This document shows, in pieces, positions 47,707-57,187 of a stretch of DNA of 64,000 nt (within the stretch, counting starts at the first letter, position 1; each line of letters opens with the position of its first letter). Source of the DNA: Treponema sp. UBA7570 (lineage in GTDB: Bacteria; Spirochaetota; Spirochaetia; Treponematales; Treponemataceae). Where the stretch lies: the NCBI RefSeq assembly GCF_002477955.1, contig NZ_DLLE01000052.1. One strand, given 5' to 3'. Under the pieces are notes generated by a model, which ran no database searches, was not told the DNA's origin, and worked only from the letters and a program-made list of their open reading frames with translations. The translations under genes and the position numbers were made by a program.

Positions 47707-49677
47707 TTATCTTGTAATTGTTGTTATTATTGAATAAGAAACCGTAGTTGTGCCGTAATGAGCGGTGAACATTACCTGATAGATTCCTGCAGGAAGATCT
47801 GAAAGTGACATTGTAAAGTCTGTTTCTGCGCCTACTTTATCCGCGGATAATGCCTCAAAAATTGTTCCGCCTCTTGTTACAGTAAAGTTTACTTTGTCAT
47901 AAGCAAAATTTTCGATTTTGTTGCCTTCCGCATCTTTTACATCTCCTGGAGTGAACGTCCATTTTGCTTCTGTCTGAGTTGTAGCTTCAATTTCTGCTGT
48001 TTTTCCAGTGATCGTTCCTGTGTCTACCGTAATCCAGCCGTCTTGAATTTCAAGGCTTTGTTTGTCGAAGATTGCCACACTTGCGTCTGTTGCGAACATT
48101 GCGTAAAGATCCAAGTTTTTGTAGCCTTTATACGCTTCTGGTGCTGTTCCAGGTTCGTTGTATCTGCTTGCAGTTTCGCTTGTTGCGTCTTTGCTCCAGT
48201 AAGACCAGGTATATGTGTTTTTCTTGATGATTGGAGTTCCGTCTGCTTTTATGATTTCGGTTCCAGTTGTAGAATCTTCGCAGTGATAGCTTACTCTGTC
48301 CGCTGTGCTGCCGCCAGTGCCGCCTTCTGCCGCTGTTTCGTCATCGAAGTAAGTGCCTCCGTTCATAAAATATGTGAGCCTGTAGCGGTTGATTGTATTT
48401 CCAGTAAATGCTTTAGTTTCTGTCGGTTCTGCTGGTGCTGTCGTAAGGTCAACAAGCTTCCAAGCGGATTTTCCTGCGTCGTTTACTGCGCGGATTCTTG
48501 CAAAATAGCGTTTTCCAAGTTCAAGGCGGAGCTGAGCCTTTGTGTTTCCAGAAAGAAGAGAGCCGCCTTCGTAGTTTGCTTCTGTGCTCAATTTGCTGCC
48601 ATAAGTTACAGATTTTCCGTCTGCTAAAGCTGTTGTCCATTCATCGTCAGTGGTTGGATGAGTAACTGCTGTGTCCGCATCGTTAAATTCAAGAACTTCG
48701 ATTTCAAAATTGTTTTCGTTTTTAGAACCACGTTCCCATTCAAATGCTGTAGTGTACCAGCCGGAGAACTTGTCCTCGCTGTTTTCCACATAGCCTGCTT
48801 TAAATGCTGTCGGAGCTTCTGGCGCAGTTCCGATTATGTTTGGAATACCAACTGCATTTTCTACTGTTTTTCCAGGAAGAACAACAAGAACGTCGCTCCA
48901 GTAGAACTTTTTATTTGAGCCTGTTTTTTCAAAAGTCACTTTGAAAAGATAAGTTCCAGGGGCAAAAGAAGCAATTGCGTAATCTACGGCATGTGCCTCG
49001 TCAATTGAAGCGTCTGTAAAAGTAACATCTTTTTCTGTCGGGGTGGCGTCTGCTCCGGCGTCCGCTCCTGTTGTAAGAAGATAGATTCCGGCTTTTGCAG
49101 TGAATCCTGCTGGAAGTTTCCAACCGTCAGTGTAAAGCTTCATTGCGATTTGTGCCTCTTTTGTAAGACCGTCTGGAGAAAGTGTAAATTTTGCCGTGTC
49201 GCCGTTGAGCATATCCATTGACGAATAGCCGATAAGAACCGCATTGTCTTTAAGAGTTGCTTCAGTCGGGGCTGCATCTCCATTAGCTACTGCGACAAGT
49301 GTAAATTCCCATACAGCGCTGTTTGCCGGAATATTTATTGTTCCGACAGTCTTTGAAGCAGTGCCTCCTGCAGCATCTGTATTTCCATTAAAATCCACTT
49401 TTTCAGGTCCAAAAGTTCCTCCAGATGTATTTGTACCGTAAAGGTAAAAATCTACTCCGTCAGAATCAAAAGAATCCGGGATAATTGTACGGCTTGCGCG
49501 GTTTGCGCTTTTAGAAGCCTGAGTTACGACTTCGTCGTAGTTTGTAACTTCAATGTTCAGAGTGTTTTTGTTTTCTGAATTTGAACTTACGTTTGCATCG
49601 GTGAGATTTGAGCACGAGGCAAAAATCATTGCGGCACTGATTGCAAAGAATGCAAAAATGCTTTTTCTGTTTTTCAT
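47707..49677 (-). CDS. Large beta-rich surface lipoprotein with FN3-like and InlB-B/Listeria-Bacteroides-repeat-like modules
   Basis: Lipobox MIFASC; FEWERGSKNE..FEIEV...LELGKRYFARIRAVNDAGKSAW (FN3-like); YRLTYFMNGG...WSYWSKD...LDLYAMF; strong RBS AGGAGG. Confidence 0.75.
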   Translation of the reverse strand: MKNRKSIFAFFAISAAMIFASCSNLTDANVSSNSENKNTLNIEVTNYDEVVTQASKSANRASRTIIPDSFDSDGVDFYLYGTNTSGGTFGPEKVDFNGNTDAAGGTASKTVGTINIPANSAVWEFTLVAVANGDAAPTEATLKDNAVLIGYSSMDMLNGDTAKFTLSPDGLTKEAQIAMKLYTDGWKLPAGFTAKAGIYLLTTGADAGADATPTEKDVTFTDASIDEAHAVDYAIASFAPGTYLFKVTFEKTGSNKKFYWSDVLVVLPGKTVENAVGIPNIIGTAPEAPTAFKAGYVENSEDKFSGWYTTAFEWERGSKNENNFEIEVLEFNDADTAVTHPTTDDEWTTALADGKSVTYGSKLSTEANYEGGSLLSGNTKAQLRLELGKRYFARIRAVNDAGKSAWKLVDLTTAPAEPTETKAFTGNTINRYRLTYFMNGGTYFDDETAAEGGTGGSTADRVSYHCEDSTTGTEIIKADGTPIIKKNTYTWSYWSKDATSETASRYNEPGTAPEAYKGYKNLDLYAMFATDASVAIFDKQSLEIQDGWITVDTGTITGKTAEIEATTQTEAKWTFTPGDVKDAEGNKIENFAYDKVNFTVTRGGTIFEALSADKVGAETDFTMSLSDLPAGIYQVMFTAHYGTTTVSYSIITTITR

Positions 49678-49721
49678 AACATCCTCCTATAAAAGAACAG
49701 TTAATTTTTGTTAGTTTTAAT

Positions 49722-49839
49722 TGTGCGCAAGGCGCACAAGCCGCCTGTTTTGCGGCAGGGGTAGTAGGGGCGGCGGAGCCGTTCGCTTGCGAATGAAACC
49801 CCGGATAACCCGGTTTTTGCCATGCAAAAAGCCGCCCGA
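49722..49839 (+). repeat. Intergenic repeat family B copy
   Basis: Shares TAGTAGGGGCGGCGGAGCCGTT exactly with the 45469 copy, plus the GTGCGC..GCGCAC and TTTTTGC..GCAAAAAGCCRCCCGA hairpins. Confidence 0.85.
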
Positions 49840-49864
49840 TAAACTTTGCTCCGTTTTTTGGGGG

Positions 49865-50428
49865 CTAGTTCATAAAGTAAATGATTACTATGCAGTCGTC
49901 TGTGTAGCTGTTTTCCTCCTTGTCTGTTACTGTAAGCGCAAGTTTATAAGTGCCGGTCTTTAAGTTTGAAGATGGCACGTACAGCGAAAAGGCCCTCGTT
50001 GTCATTGAAGAGCCGTTTGCAAGGTTACAGATTATGTTTTTTTCGATGGTTGTTTTTACGGCCGTTCCCATCTGGCCTGTCGCCGTCACTTCCTCGACTT
50101 TTGTGATTTTCCATTGATATGAGGCGCATCTTGGAGGCGCGTAAAGGCTTAGTGTTCCGTCGCAGCGCAGAAAATATTTTGGAGAAAGCATATTTTTTTC
50201 GTTAAAGCCTGGTTCTCCCGGCGCGATTCCTGAAGTTTTTTCTGAAGTTGAATCTGTGCTTGTAAAATTTGTGTTGTAATTGTCTAAAACGTCGTCAATC
50301 GAAGTTTTGCAGCTGTTTAAAGCGCCCAGCAAAAAAACTGTAATAAAGGTGAATAAAATTTTTTTGAGAAAATCAAATTGTTCAGAAAAGGCAGACTGTG
50401 TCTTTAAGACTGGAGTTTTCCGGTTCAT
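49865..50428 (-). CDS. Hypothetical lipoprotein with Ig/PKD-like C-terminal domain
   Basis: Lipobox ALNSC; YQWKI...GTYKLALTVTDKEENSYTD. Confidence 0.65.
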   Translation of the reverse strand: MNRKTPVLKTQSAFSEQFDFLKKILFTFITVFLLGALNSCKTSIDDVLDNYNTNFTSTDSTSEKTSGIAPGEPGFNEKNMLSPKYFLRCDGTLSLYAPPRCASYQWKITKVEEVTATGQMGTAVKTTIEKNIICNLANGSSMTTRAFSLYVPSSNLKTGTYKLALTVTDKEENSYTDDCIVIIYFMN

Positions 50429-52062
50429 TTTTTTTCTCCGATTTTAAAATTTGCGCCAAGTTCTGTGCTTATCATAATTTTTTGGACAGAATTCCATTGG
50501 GCCGCGACATTTAGCGAAAAATATTTCCAGTTTATTCCGAGTTTTGTTCCAAAATTGAGCGAAATGAACGGTTTTGAGGCTGCGGATTCCGCGCCAAAAT
50601 TCCTGTTCCAAAGAAGGCAGACTCCGGTTCCTGCAAAAATCTCCGCGCTAAATCCAATCTCGTTGTTTACAAAAGGCATTACAAAAATTCCGAACGGCGC
50701 GCACAAATCAAGCCCTGCAAGAACTGGGGAATCCATGCTGCTGTTGTTTTTTGTGTATTTGTAAGGATAGTTTGATTTTGGAAAACCGATGTACGGGCTT
50801 ACATAAATTCCTGTGTAAAAAGGCGGCAAAAGGTCGTATGTTAAAAATGCAGATGAAAATCCTGCCGACAGATTGTATGGAGAAGGCGCGGAACGCAGGT
50901 TTAAAGAAACGCACAGATATTTTTCGTGGCGGGTTTTAAAAGTGCCGTTTGTAATACCCCAGCCGCGTAAAGAGGAGCCTGTTCCGCTATTTGATTCGCC
51001 GTAATTTTCCGCGCTTCTAAACTTTTTTGGAGGCTTTTGTCCTGGAGATAAAAGCACGTCTTTTACAAAAAATTCAAAAATCGAGCCGCTTTCGTAGCCG
51101 ATAAGAATCCTTGAGTTGTCCGGATTAAATTCAAAATCTGTAAGGGCCGAAAAATCGCACGAAGGAATGTAGCCGAGCCATTTTTCTTTTGACAGATCAT
51201 AGAGCTCTATTTCGTCATTTTCCGTCACGATTGCAATTTTGTTTTCCTTATTGAGAGGTTTTATTCCTTTTATTTTGTGAAGAGTGTCGATTGAAAGGAG
51301 CTTTTCGCCTTCGAGGCTGTAAATGCAAAAACTTGTTTCGTTTTCTGGCGCTATTATTGAACTGTTGTCTGCCAAAAATTGAACAGGAATTTCTGTCTGC
51401 GTGTAAATTTCTGTCAATTTAAGAATTTCTGACTGGGAATTGCAGTTCCAGATTATCGCCGTTCCGTCTTTTGATGTGCTTGCAAGAAAATTTTCGTTTT
51501 TGCTAAAATTCAGACTGTAGATTTCTGAATCGTGGCCTTTTAGTTCTTTAAAAATCGCGTCTTTTGTAAAGCGCAGCTTAAAAAATAGCTTGATTGAATT
51601 GTCGTCGGATGCGACTGCCACATAGTCCGAATTTTTGCTGAAAGTGACGGCTCTAATTTCGTTTTCGTTTTTGCAGTCAAGCTTAAAATAAGGCTCTTTA
51701 TTGAATTTGAGAAATCTGTCTTCGCTATTTTCTGTATTCCAGACAGAAAAATAGCCGTCCTTTGTAATTGCCAGAAGAATTTGGTGTTTTCCTTCGGCCG
51801 AAAACATTATTTTGTCGATGTTTTTAATGTTTAGAGTGTCTGAAAGTTCGTAGGTCGAGCAGCTGCGCAAAAAAACGGTATTTTCTTCTGTAAAGGCAAA
51901 AAACTCATCGTCTTTGCTATAGGCAAGGTTTGTTACTGGAAAAGGAGTCTTTACGACTTGAGAAAAAATCGGAAATGTAAAAAACAATGAAATTAACAGG
52001 AAGAAAATGTTAATTTTTGCTGAATAAAGTAACTCTCTCAAAAAAAATGCTCCCGTCATCAC
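50425..52062 (-). CDS. Exported WD40 beta-propeller protein with a C-terminal outer-membrane beta-barrel-like region
   Basis: LKGHDSEIYSLNFSKNENFLASTSKDGTAIIWN repeat; hydrophobic signal segment; alternating beta-strands ending ELGANFKI. Confidence 0.7.
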   Translation of the reverse strand: MMTGAFFLRELLYSAKINIFFLLISLFFTFPIFSQVVKTPFPVTNLAYSKDDEFFAFTEENTVFLRSCSTYELSDTLNIKNIDKIMFSAEGKHQILLAITKDGYFSVWNTENSEDRFLKFNKEPYFKLDCKNENEIRAVTFSKNSDYVAVASDDNSIKLFFKLRFTKDAIFKELKGHDSEIYSLNFSKNENFLASTSKDGTAIIWNCNSQSEILKLTEIYTQTEIPVQFLADNSSIIAPENETSFCIYSLEGEKLLSIDTLHKIKGIKPLNKENKIAIVTENDEIELYDLSKEKWLGYIPSCDFSALTDFEFNPDNSRILIGYESGSIFEFFVKDVLLSPGQKPPKKFRSAENYGESNSGTGSSLRGWGITNGTFKTRHEKYLCVSLNLRSAPSPYNLSAGFSSAFLTYDLLPPFYTGIYVSPYIGFPKSNYPYKYTKNNSSMDSPVLAGLDLCAPFGIFVMPFVNNEIGFSAEIFAGTGVCLLWNRNFGAESAASKPFISLNFGTKLGINWKYFSLNVAAQWNSVQKIMISTELGANFKIGEKK

Positions 52063-52089
52063 CCTCCGAATGTTGCTGTTTTAAAAATC

Positions 52090-52104
52090 GGGGGGGGGGG
52101 GGGG
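52090..52104. repeat. G15 homopolymer tract (C15 on the WD40 gene's coding strand)
   Basis: 15 consecutive G in AT-rich intergenic DNA, about 30 nt upstream of the WD40 start. Confidence 0.9.
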
Positions 52105-52121
52105 TTTTTCTTTATAAATCC

Positions 52122-52149
52122 TTTTCGGCAGATTTAGTAAAAAACTTTA
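52122..52149 (-). promoter_or_regulatory. Sigma28-like promoter of the WD40/lipoprotein locus
   Basis: Minus strand TAAA-N16-GCCGAAAA (1 mismatch to GCCGATAA). Confidence 0.5.
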
Positions 52150-52197
52150 ATATTTTTTTGCCTGTCAAACAAACTTTATTTGTGGTATATTTTTTTT

Positions 52198-52836
52198 ATG
52201 AAAGAAAAAATAAAAATTGCAGTTCTTGTAAGCGGAGGCGGAACAAACCTTCAGGCTTTGATTGATTACGAAAAAAACACAGAAAATTGTCCTTATCAGA
52301 TTGAAATTGTAATTGCGGATACAAAAAAAGCGTATGCGCTCGAAAGGGCTCAGAACGCAGGAATAAAGACAAAAATCGTTTCTCCATTTGCTGTTTTGGG
52401 TGAGCAAAAGGCAAAAACCGTCAGCAAGGAAGAAAAACGCATTGCCGTTTCTGACGCTGCGTTAAATGCCGCAAAAGAGTCTGGTTGCGACGCCATCGTT
52501 CTTGCAGGCTGGCTTACAGTTTTGAGCGGAAAAATTATTCAGGAATATTCAGGAAAAATCGTAAACTTGCATCCGGCTCTTCTTCCAAAATTTGGCGGAG
52601 TAGGAATGTGGGGACACAACGTCCACGAAGCGGTTCTTGCCGCTGGCGAAAAAGAATCCGGCTGTACTGTGCATCTTGTAGACAGCGGTTGTGATACTGG
52701 AAAAATCCTTGTTCAGAAAAAAGTGCCTGTCATGCCTGGCGACACTCCGGAAACTCTTTACGCGCGCATTGCCCCGCAAGAGCACCAGGCAATGGTCGAA
52801 GGCGTTTGTCAGCTGGCAGAAATGCTTTCAAAATAA
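52198..52836 (+). CDS. purN: Phosphoribosylglycinamide formyltransferase
   Basis: AVLVSGGGTNLQAL, VNLHPALLPKFGG, SGCTVHLVDSGCDTG. Confidence 0.96.
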   Translation: MKEKIKIAVLVSGGGTNLQALIDYEKNTENCPYQIEIVIADTKKAYALERAQNAGIKTKIVSPFAVLGEQKAKTVSKEEKRIAVSDAALNAAKESGCDAIVLAGWLTVLSGKIIQEYSGKIVNLHPALLPKFGGVGMWGHNVHEAVLAAGEKESGCTVHLVDSGCDTGKILVQKKVPVMPGDTPETLYARIAPQEHQAMVEGVCQLAEMLSK

Positions 52837-52858
52837 AAGCATGCTTGCCCTGCGAATT

Positions 52859-54184
52859 TTAATTTCGCTGGATATAAGTTGCTTTTGGTCTTGCAGTAAT
52901 TATTACGCGGCGGTTTTGAGCCCTGCCTTCTGCTGTTTCGTTAGAAGCAACTGGCTGGGTGCCGCCGTATCCTCTGTAAGAGAAAATTGAACGGTCCAGA
53001 CCGTTTTTTACGAGTTCGTCGATTATGGTCTGGGTTCGCTCAATGCTAAGTTTCATCTGTCCCTGCGGCTTGTTTACATCGGCAGTGTGCCCTTCAATCA
53101 AAATTGTATAGGCGTTGTCAGAATTCAATTTTTTGAGGCTTTCGGCAAGTTTCTTAACTTTCTGCACTTCGCCGTCCAGAAGCTTTGGACTGTCGGCAAC
53201 AAATTTCAAATCATAAAGAATCTGAATTCCTCTCGCTGTGTCCTGAATTGAAGCCGCTTCTTCTTCGTTAAAAAGACGCTGTTTAATTTCGCGGAGGTCG
53301 GCATAGTATTGTTCAGTTTTTTGCAGAACAGCAATGTCTTTAACAAGATTTTTTTTGTCCAAAAGGATTACGATTTTTCCCTGCTTTAAAAGTTCAACAT
53401 TTTCAGGAATACAAAGAATTTTTAAGGCGTCCCTTTTAGAAATAACAGGATCCGTGCGGAATCTTCCAAAAACTTTTCTTGCGTTTATGTAAAGCGGATC
53501 AAGTCCAATTCTCTGGGCGTAGACAGATTCGTCTTCCGTCCAGTCGTAGTGAACAAGCCCTTCTTTTTTTTCAATTTCCGGATCTTGAGTATTGCGCTCA
53601 TAAATCAAGTTCATATCCTCGTCCCAAATTTTAGGGAAAAAGCACGGCATAATTTCGTCTTTTGTAAATTCACCTTGAACGTCAAGCTCGCCGCGGGCAT
53701 CGATTATAATTCCTGTATAAACACGGCTTGGAATATTTTGCAACGGAGGCAGCGGTTTGTAGGCGGTTTTGTGCCGGATTAAAAGCGAAGAAATGTCGAG
53801 AGTGCTCAGGCTGCTGTCAATTTTTAAAACCGAGGCAGAATTTACAAAAATGCCCGGACTTTTTTTAGAACCGTCTACAATATTCCCAACTTGTTCGAGA
53901 GTAATTGTGTTGTCAAAAATAAGGTCTGCAAGCTGGGTCTTGTTGTCTACCAAAAGAGAAAGAAGCGGCTCTTTTACCAAATCCGGCAGTTCTGTTTTTA
54001 TCCGGTTTACCGCGCTCATTTTTCCGGAAGGCATTGCAATATTGCTTTTTTCCAAGTCAAGATAAACTGAAGAACTAAAATTGTTTTTTGTCCAGTCAAT
54101 TCTGCTTTTGCTTTCGAGGTCGCCGTTTTGTGCAAAAACCATGCAGGCGCTAAAAAAAAACGTGAATAAAAAAACTTTTTTCAA
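52859..54184 (-). CDS. Exported multidomain protein with C-terminal OmpA-like peptidoglycan-binding domain
   Basis: IEGHTAD...LSIER...GYGGTQPVASNETAEGRAQNRRV; probable TTG start at 54184 after GGAG, giving signal peptide MKKVFLFTFFFSACMVFA. Confidence 0.85.
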   Translation of the reverse strand: MKKVFLFTFFFSACMVFAQNGDLESKSRIDWTKNNFSSSVYLDLEKSNIAMPSGKMSAVNRIKTELPDLVKEPLLSLLVDNKTQLADLIFDNTITLEQVGNIVDGSKKSPGIFVNSASVLKIDSSLSTLDISSLLIRHKTAYKPLPPLQNIPSRVYTGIIIDARGELDVQGEFTKDEIMPCFFPKIWDEDMNLIYERNTQDPEIEKKEGLVHYDWTEDESVYAQRIGLDPLYINARKVFGRFRTDPVISKRDALKILCIPENVELLKQGKIVILLDKKNLVKDIAVLQKTEQYYADLREIKQRLFNEEEAASIQDTARGIQILYDLKFVADSPKLLDGEVQKVKKLAESLKKLNSDNAYTILIEGHTADVNKPQGQMKLSIERTQTIIDELVKNGLDRSIFSYRGYGGTQPVASNETAEGRAQNRRVIITARPKATYIQRN

Positions 54185-54215
54185 TTTAATCTCCAAAAGA
54201 CTGTCTTTTTTTGTA

Positions 54216-54320
54216 CGGGGCCATTTTTGCTTCGCAAAAACCGGGCTATCCAGGGCTACGGCATTCGCCTCCGACCAAACGCAGGCGTTTGTTTTCGCTG
54301 CTCTCACCCTTCCTATCCCT
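54216..54320 (-). repeat. Intergenic repeat family B copy
   Basis: Minus strand AGGGATAGGAAGGG...CCCTGGATAGCCCGGTTTTTGCGAAGCAAAAATGGCCCCG. Confidence 0.75.
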
Positions 54321-54342
54321 TGTCCTCATTTTCGGCATTTTT

Positions 54343-55476
54343 TTATCTTATATAAAGAATTTTACCTTCAGAAAGAATATCTCCGTCTTTTAATCCGTTT
54401 ATTTTCTGGAGATTTAAAACGCTTGTTCCGTATTTTTTAGAAATAGACCAAAGAGTTTCTCCCTTTTTTACAATATGCCTTGCTGAATAATTGTTTTTAT
54501 TTTCCGCAAAAATTTCATTCAAGGCAATTTTTACGCTTTCTTTCATTCCATCAGGAAGCCGAAGCTGATATTTTTGGTCTGGAGGCGTGCAGTTTTGCAG
54601 AAGGGCAGGATTCAGTTTTTTTAAAATCGAAGGCTCCATCTTTAATTCGGAAGAAAGCCTGTCCAGGTTTATCTGTTTTTCTGTGGTCAAAAAGTCAAAT
54701 TCTGCGTATCTTTTAGAAGATGTAATTTCTGGCAAAGACATTCCATATTTTTTTTCGTTTGTCGCAAGAATGCAGATTGCAAGAAGTTTTGGCACATATT
54801 GAACGCTTTGGTCGCGCAAAAGTCCTTTTTCCGAAATATACCAAAAATCTTTTTTTTCGCTTTTGCTCAAAATTTTCTTCATTGCGCCGGCTCCGCAGTT
54901 GTAAGCGGCAATTGCAAGCGGCCAGTCCCTAAACTGCCTGTAATTTTCTTCGAGTTTTTTTAAGGCGGCGTCTGTGCTCAGCCAAGGATCGTAACGCTCG
55001 TCAATGTATTCATTCTTTTTTAAAAGTCCAGCAATCGAGTTGTCCATAAACTGCCAGAGTCCGCGTGCTCCGCTTTTGCTTACGGCAAGAGGCTTGTATT
55101 CGCTTTCTACGACCGGAAGATATTCCAGGGCAGCAGGCAGGTTCTTTCTTTTTAGTTCCTGACGCACGTAGAGTCGGTAAAGCTCCCCGTTGTCTAAAAT
55201 CTCAGAAAGCTGCCGTTTTCCAAAAGGTTTTGTGTATTGCTCAATGTATTTTTTTATCTGTTTTTTTGCATAAGGCGAATCAGGAATTTGTATTCCGCCG
55301 GCCTGCTTTTCGTCAAACGAAAATTCCTGCGGCTCTTGTGTCTTTAAAATCTCTAAAAATTCTTCTGGAGTAATTTTTTCAAGAAAATCACAGGCCTTTA
55401 CAGAATTTTGGTTTTTTAAAAAGACAAAAAAAGGCAGGATTGCAAAAATGACTTTTATTCTACAGTTTTTCACCAT
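54343..55476 (-). CDS. Lytic murein transglycosylase, MltD-like (SLT + LysM)
   Basis: LPVVESEY, GARGLWQFM, LAIAAYNCGAG, YVPKLLA; LysM HIVKKGETLWSISKKYG. Confidence 0.92.
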   Translation of the reverse strand: MVKNCRIKVIFAILPFFVFLKNQNSVKACDFLEKITPEEFLEILKTQEPQEFSFDEKQAGGIQIPDSPYAKKQIKKYIEQYTKPFGKRQLSEILDNGELYRLYVRQELKRKNLPAALEYLPVVESEYKPLAVSKSGARGLWQFMDNSIAGLLKKNEYIDERYDPWLSTDAALKKLEENYRQFRDWPLAIAAYNCGAGAMKKILSKSEKKDFWYISEKGLLRDQSVQYVPKLLAICILATNEKKYGMSLPEITSSKRYAEFDFLTTEKQINLDRLSSELKMEPSILKKLNPALLQNCTPPDQKYQLRLPDGMKESVKIALNEIFAENKNNYSARHIVKKGETLWSISKKYGTSVLNLQKINGLKDGDILSEGKILYIR

Positions 55477-56497
55477 AGTAAATTCCGGCCCATTCCCAGC
55501 GTCCGTGAATTTCCGGGTCTACAGGAAAATTCACCTTTCTAAAATACAGGTACCAGACAGGCATGTAAGGGCTCCAACCTGTTGTTCTCAAATAAGCCTC
55601 GTTTGGATTTGAAGACTCATCGAGTTTTTCGTTGTAGCGGATTCTTTGTCCGACCATAAAACCTTTCATCGAGAAATTTTCAAGCGCGTTCGCATCTGTT
55701 TCGCTTGATTTCCAGGACATTGCAAAGAAATTTACTTTTGAGCGATATTTGTCGAGAGAACGCCAGTCGTAGCGTCTTATTGCGGTTTTGACAGCTTTTT
55801 CCAAAGCGTCGAGGGATTCAAATGTCCAGTCCTTTGTCGAATTTGAAAAATCGACCATTTTTCTGGCATTTGAATAAGCGTCTGGAATTCCAGGAATCTG
55901 GATTGTCGAAGCGTCAGGCTGTTTTAAAAATAGCGAGTAGGATTTTAGCGCCTGATTGTATTCGCCTTCTTTTTCGTACTCAAGCGCAAGCCGTACATAC
56001 ATTTCTGTAATGCTCACAAGCGAAGGAAAACGGCTTACAAGCTGGTTAAAATACGAAATTTTATTTGTGGAATCTGTGCTGATTTGAATTAAATGCTGCA
56101 GGCAGATAAAGTGAACTGACTTTCCCTGAACAAGAAGATCCGGATAATTTTTAAGTATCCGGTTAAAGTAATATTCTGCGACAGGTTCTGCTCCGTTTTC
56201 AAGGTAGCTTGAAGCAACCATCAAAAGCCAATATGCGTTGTAAATGTCTTTCGGATTTTTTTCTACCCAGTCCGTCAAAAACAAAATCATTTCGCTTGAA
56301 TTTTTTGAAGAATAAAGCGAATTCGCAATTCTATTTATTACCGCATATCTGGTTTGTGCCGAAAGATTTTTTTCATTTAGAAGAAGGTTTAACTGGACAA
56401 GATTTTCATTTTTTTTCTTAGATGAACATGAAAAATTAGAAAAAAACAAAGGCGCCGCAAGACACAAAAACACAAAAAATCTCAAGTTTATCTTCAT
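55460..56497 (-). CDS. TPR-containing lipoprotein
   Basis: Lipobox NFSC; TPR-like helices (YVRLALEYEKEGEYNQALKSY); C-terminal WEWAGIYYGE. Confidence 0.75.
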   Translation of the reverse strand: MKINLRFFVFLCLAAPLFFSNFSCSSKKKNENLVQLNLLLNEKNLSAQTRYAVINRIANSLYSSKNSSEMILFLTDWVEKNPKDIYNAYWLLMVASSYLENGAEPVAEYYFNRILKNYPDLLVQGKSVHFICLQHLIQISTDSTNKISYFNQLVSRFPSLVSITEMYVRLALEYEKEGEYNQALKSYSLFLKQPDASTIQIPGIPDAYSNARKMVDFSNSTKDWTFESLDALEKAVKTAIRRYDWRSLDKYRSKVNFFAMSWKSSETDANALENFSMKGFMVGQRIRYNEKLDESSNPNEAYLRTTGWSPYMPVWYLYFRKVNFPVDPEIHGRWEWAGIYYGEKL

Positions 56498-56590
56498 ATT
56501 TAAAGATTAACAAAGTGCTTTCTTATTGGCAAGAGGGCGAAACTTGTTGTATTCTATTAGCTAGAGTTAATATCTGAATTTGGGGCAAAA

Positions 56591-57187
56591 ATGAAAAAAC
56601 TGGCAGCGACAACATTGAATATTATTCTGGCTCTCGGCGTTGTTTGTATTTTGGCAGGAATTCTTCTGTTTCCGCGTCTTGCAAGTCATTTTAATGCTCA
56701 TGTCGAAACCTGGACCGTTATTCTTACTGTTGCCGGAGCGCTTGTTTTTTATTTTTCTCTAGTAAAATACAGTTCGGCCTTAGTTTTTTTTCTTGGACTT
56801 TACGCTCTTCTTGCCGGTTTTTTGTTTATGATTATTGGTTCCGGACTTGTTCCGTTTGGAATCGAAGGTCTTTGGCCGGTTTCAATAATTCTTGCAGGCT
56901 TTAGCGTTCTTTTTACAGGAATTACAAAAGACAGGCGTATTCGTGTTTCTTACCTTTTTCCGTCTATTTTTTTAATCGGAATGGGTTTTTACTTTTTGCT
57001 TTTTTCTCTCAATTTGATTTCGATGGGTTTTAGAAAGTGGATTTCGATTTTCTGGCCTCTGTTTCCAGTTTTTCTTGGAATCTGCCTCATAATTCTGTTT
57101 TTAATTCAGCAGAATCCGGCCGCGCACTTTCCTTACGACAAAAGCGAAAGCCTTGAAAATGATTTTGAAGAGGATGCAAAGGAATGA
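56591..57187 (+). CDS. Hypothetical polytopic membrane protein
   Basis: About 6 hydrophobic segments with repeated LWP/FWP motifs. Confidence 0.65.
   Translation: MKKLAATTLNIILALGVVCILAGILLFPRLASHFNAHVETWTVILTVAGALVFYFSLVKYSSALVFFLGLYALLAGFLFMIIGSGLVPFGIEGLWPVSIILAGFSVLFTGITKDRRIRVSYLFPSIFLIGMGFYFLLFSLNLISMGFRKWISIFWPLFPVFLGICLIILFLIQQNPAAHFPYDKSESLENDFEEDAKE

Noticed and set aside
54185..54307. 41-aa N-terminal extension of the OmpA-like ORF in the ORF track
   Set aside because: It reads through the family-B repeat; a GGAG RBS, a TTG start and a signal peptide begin at 54184.
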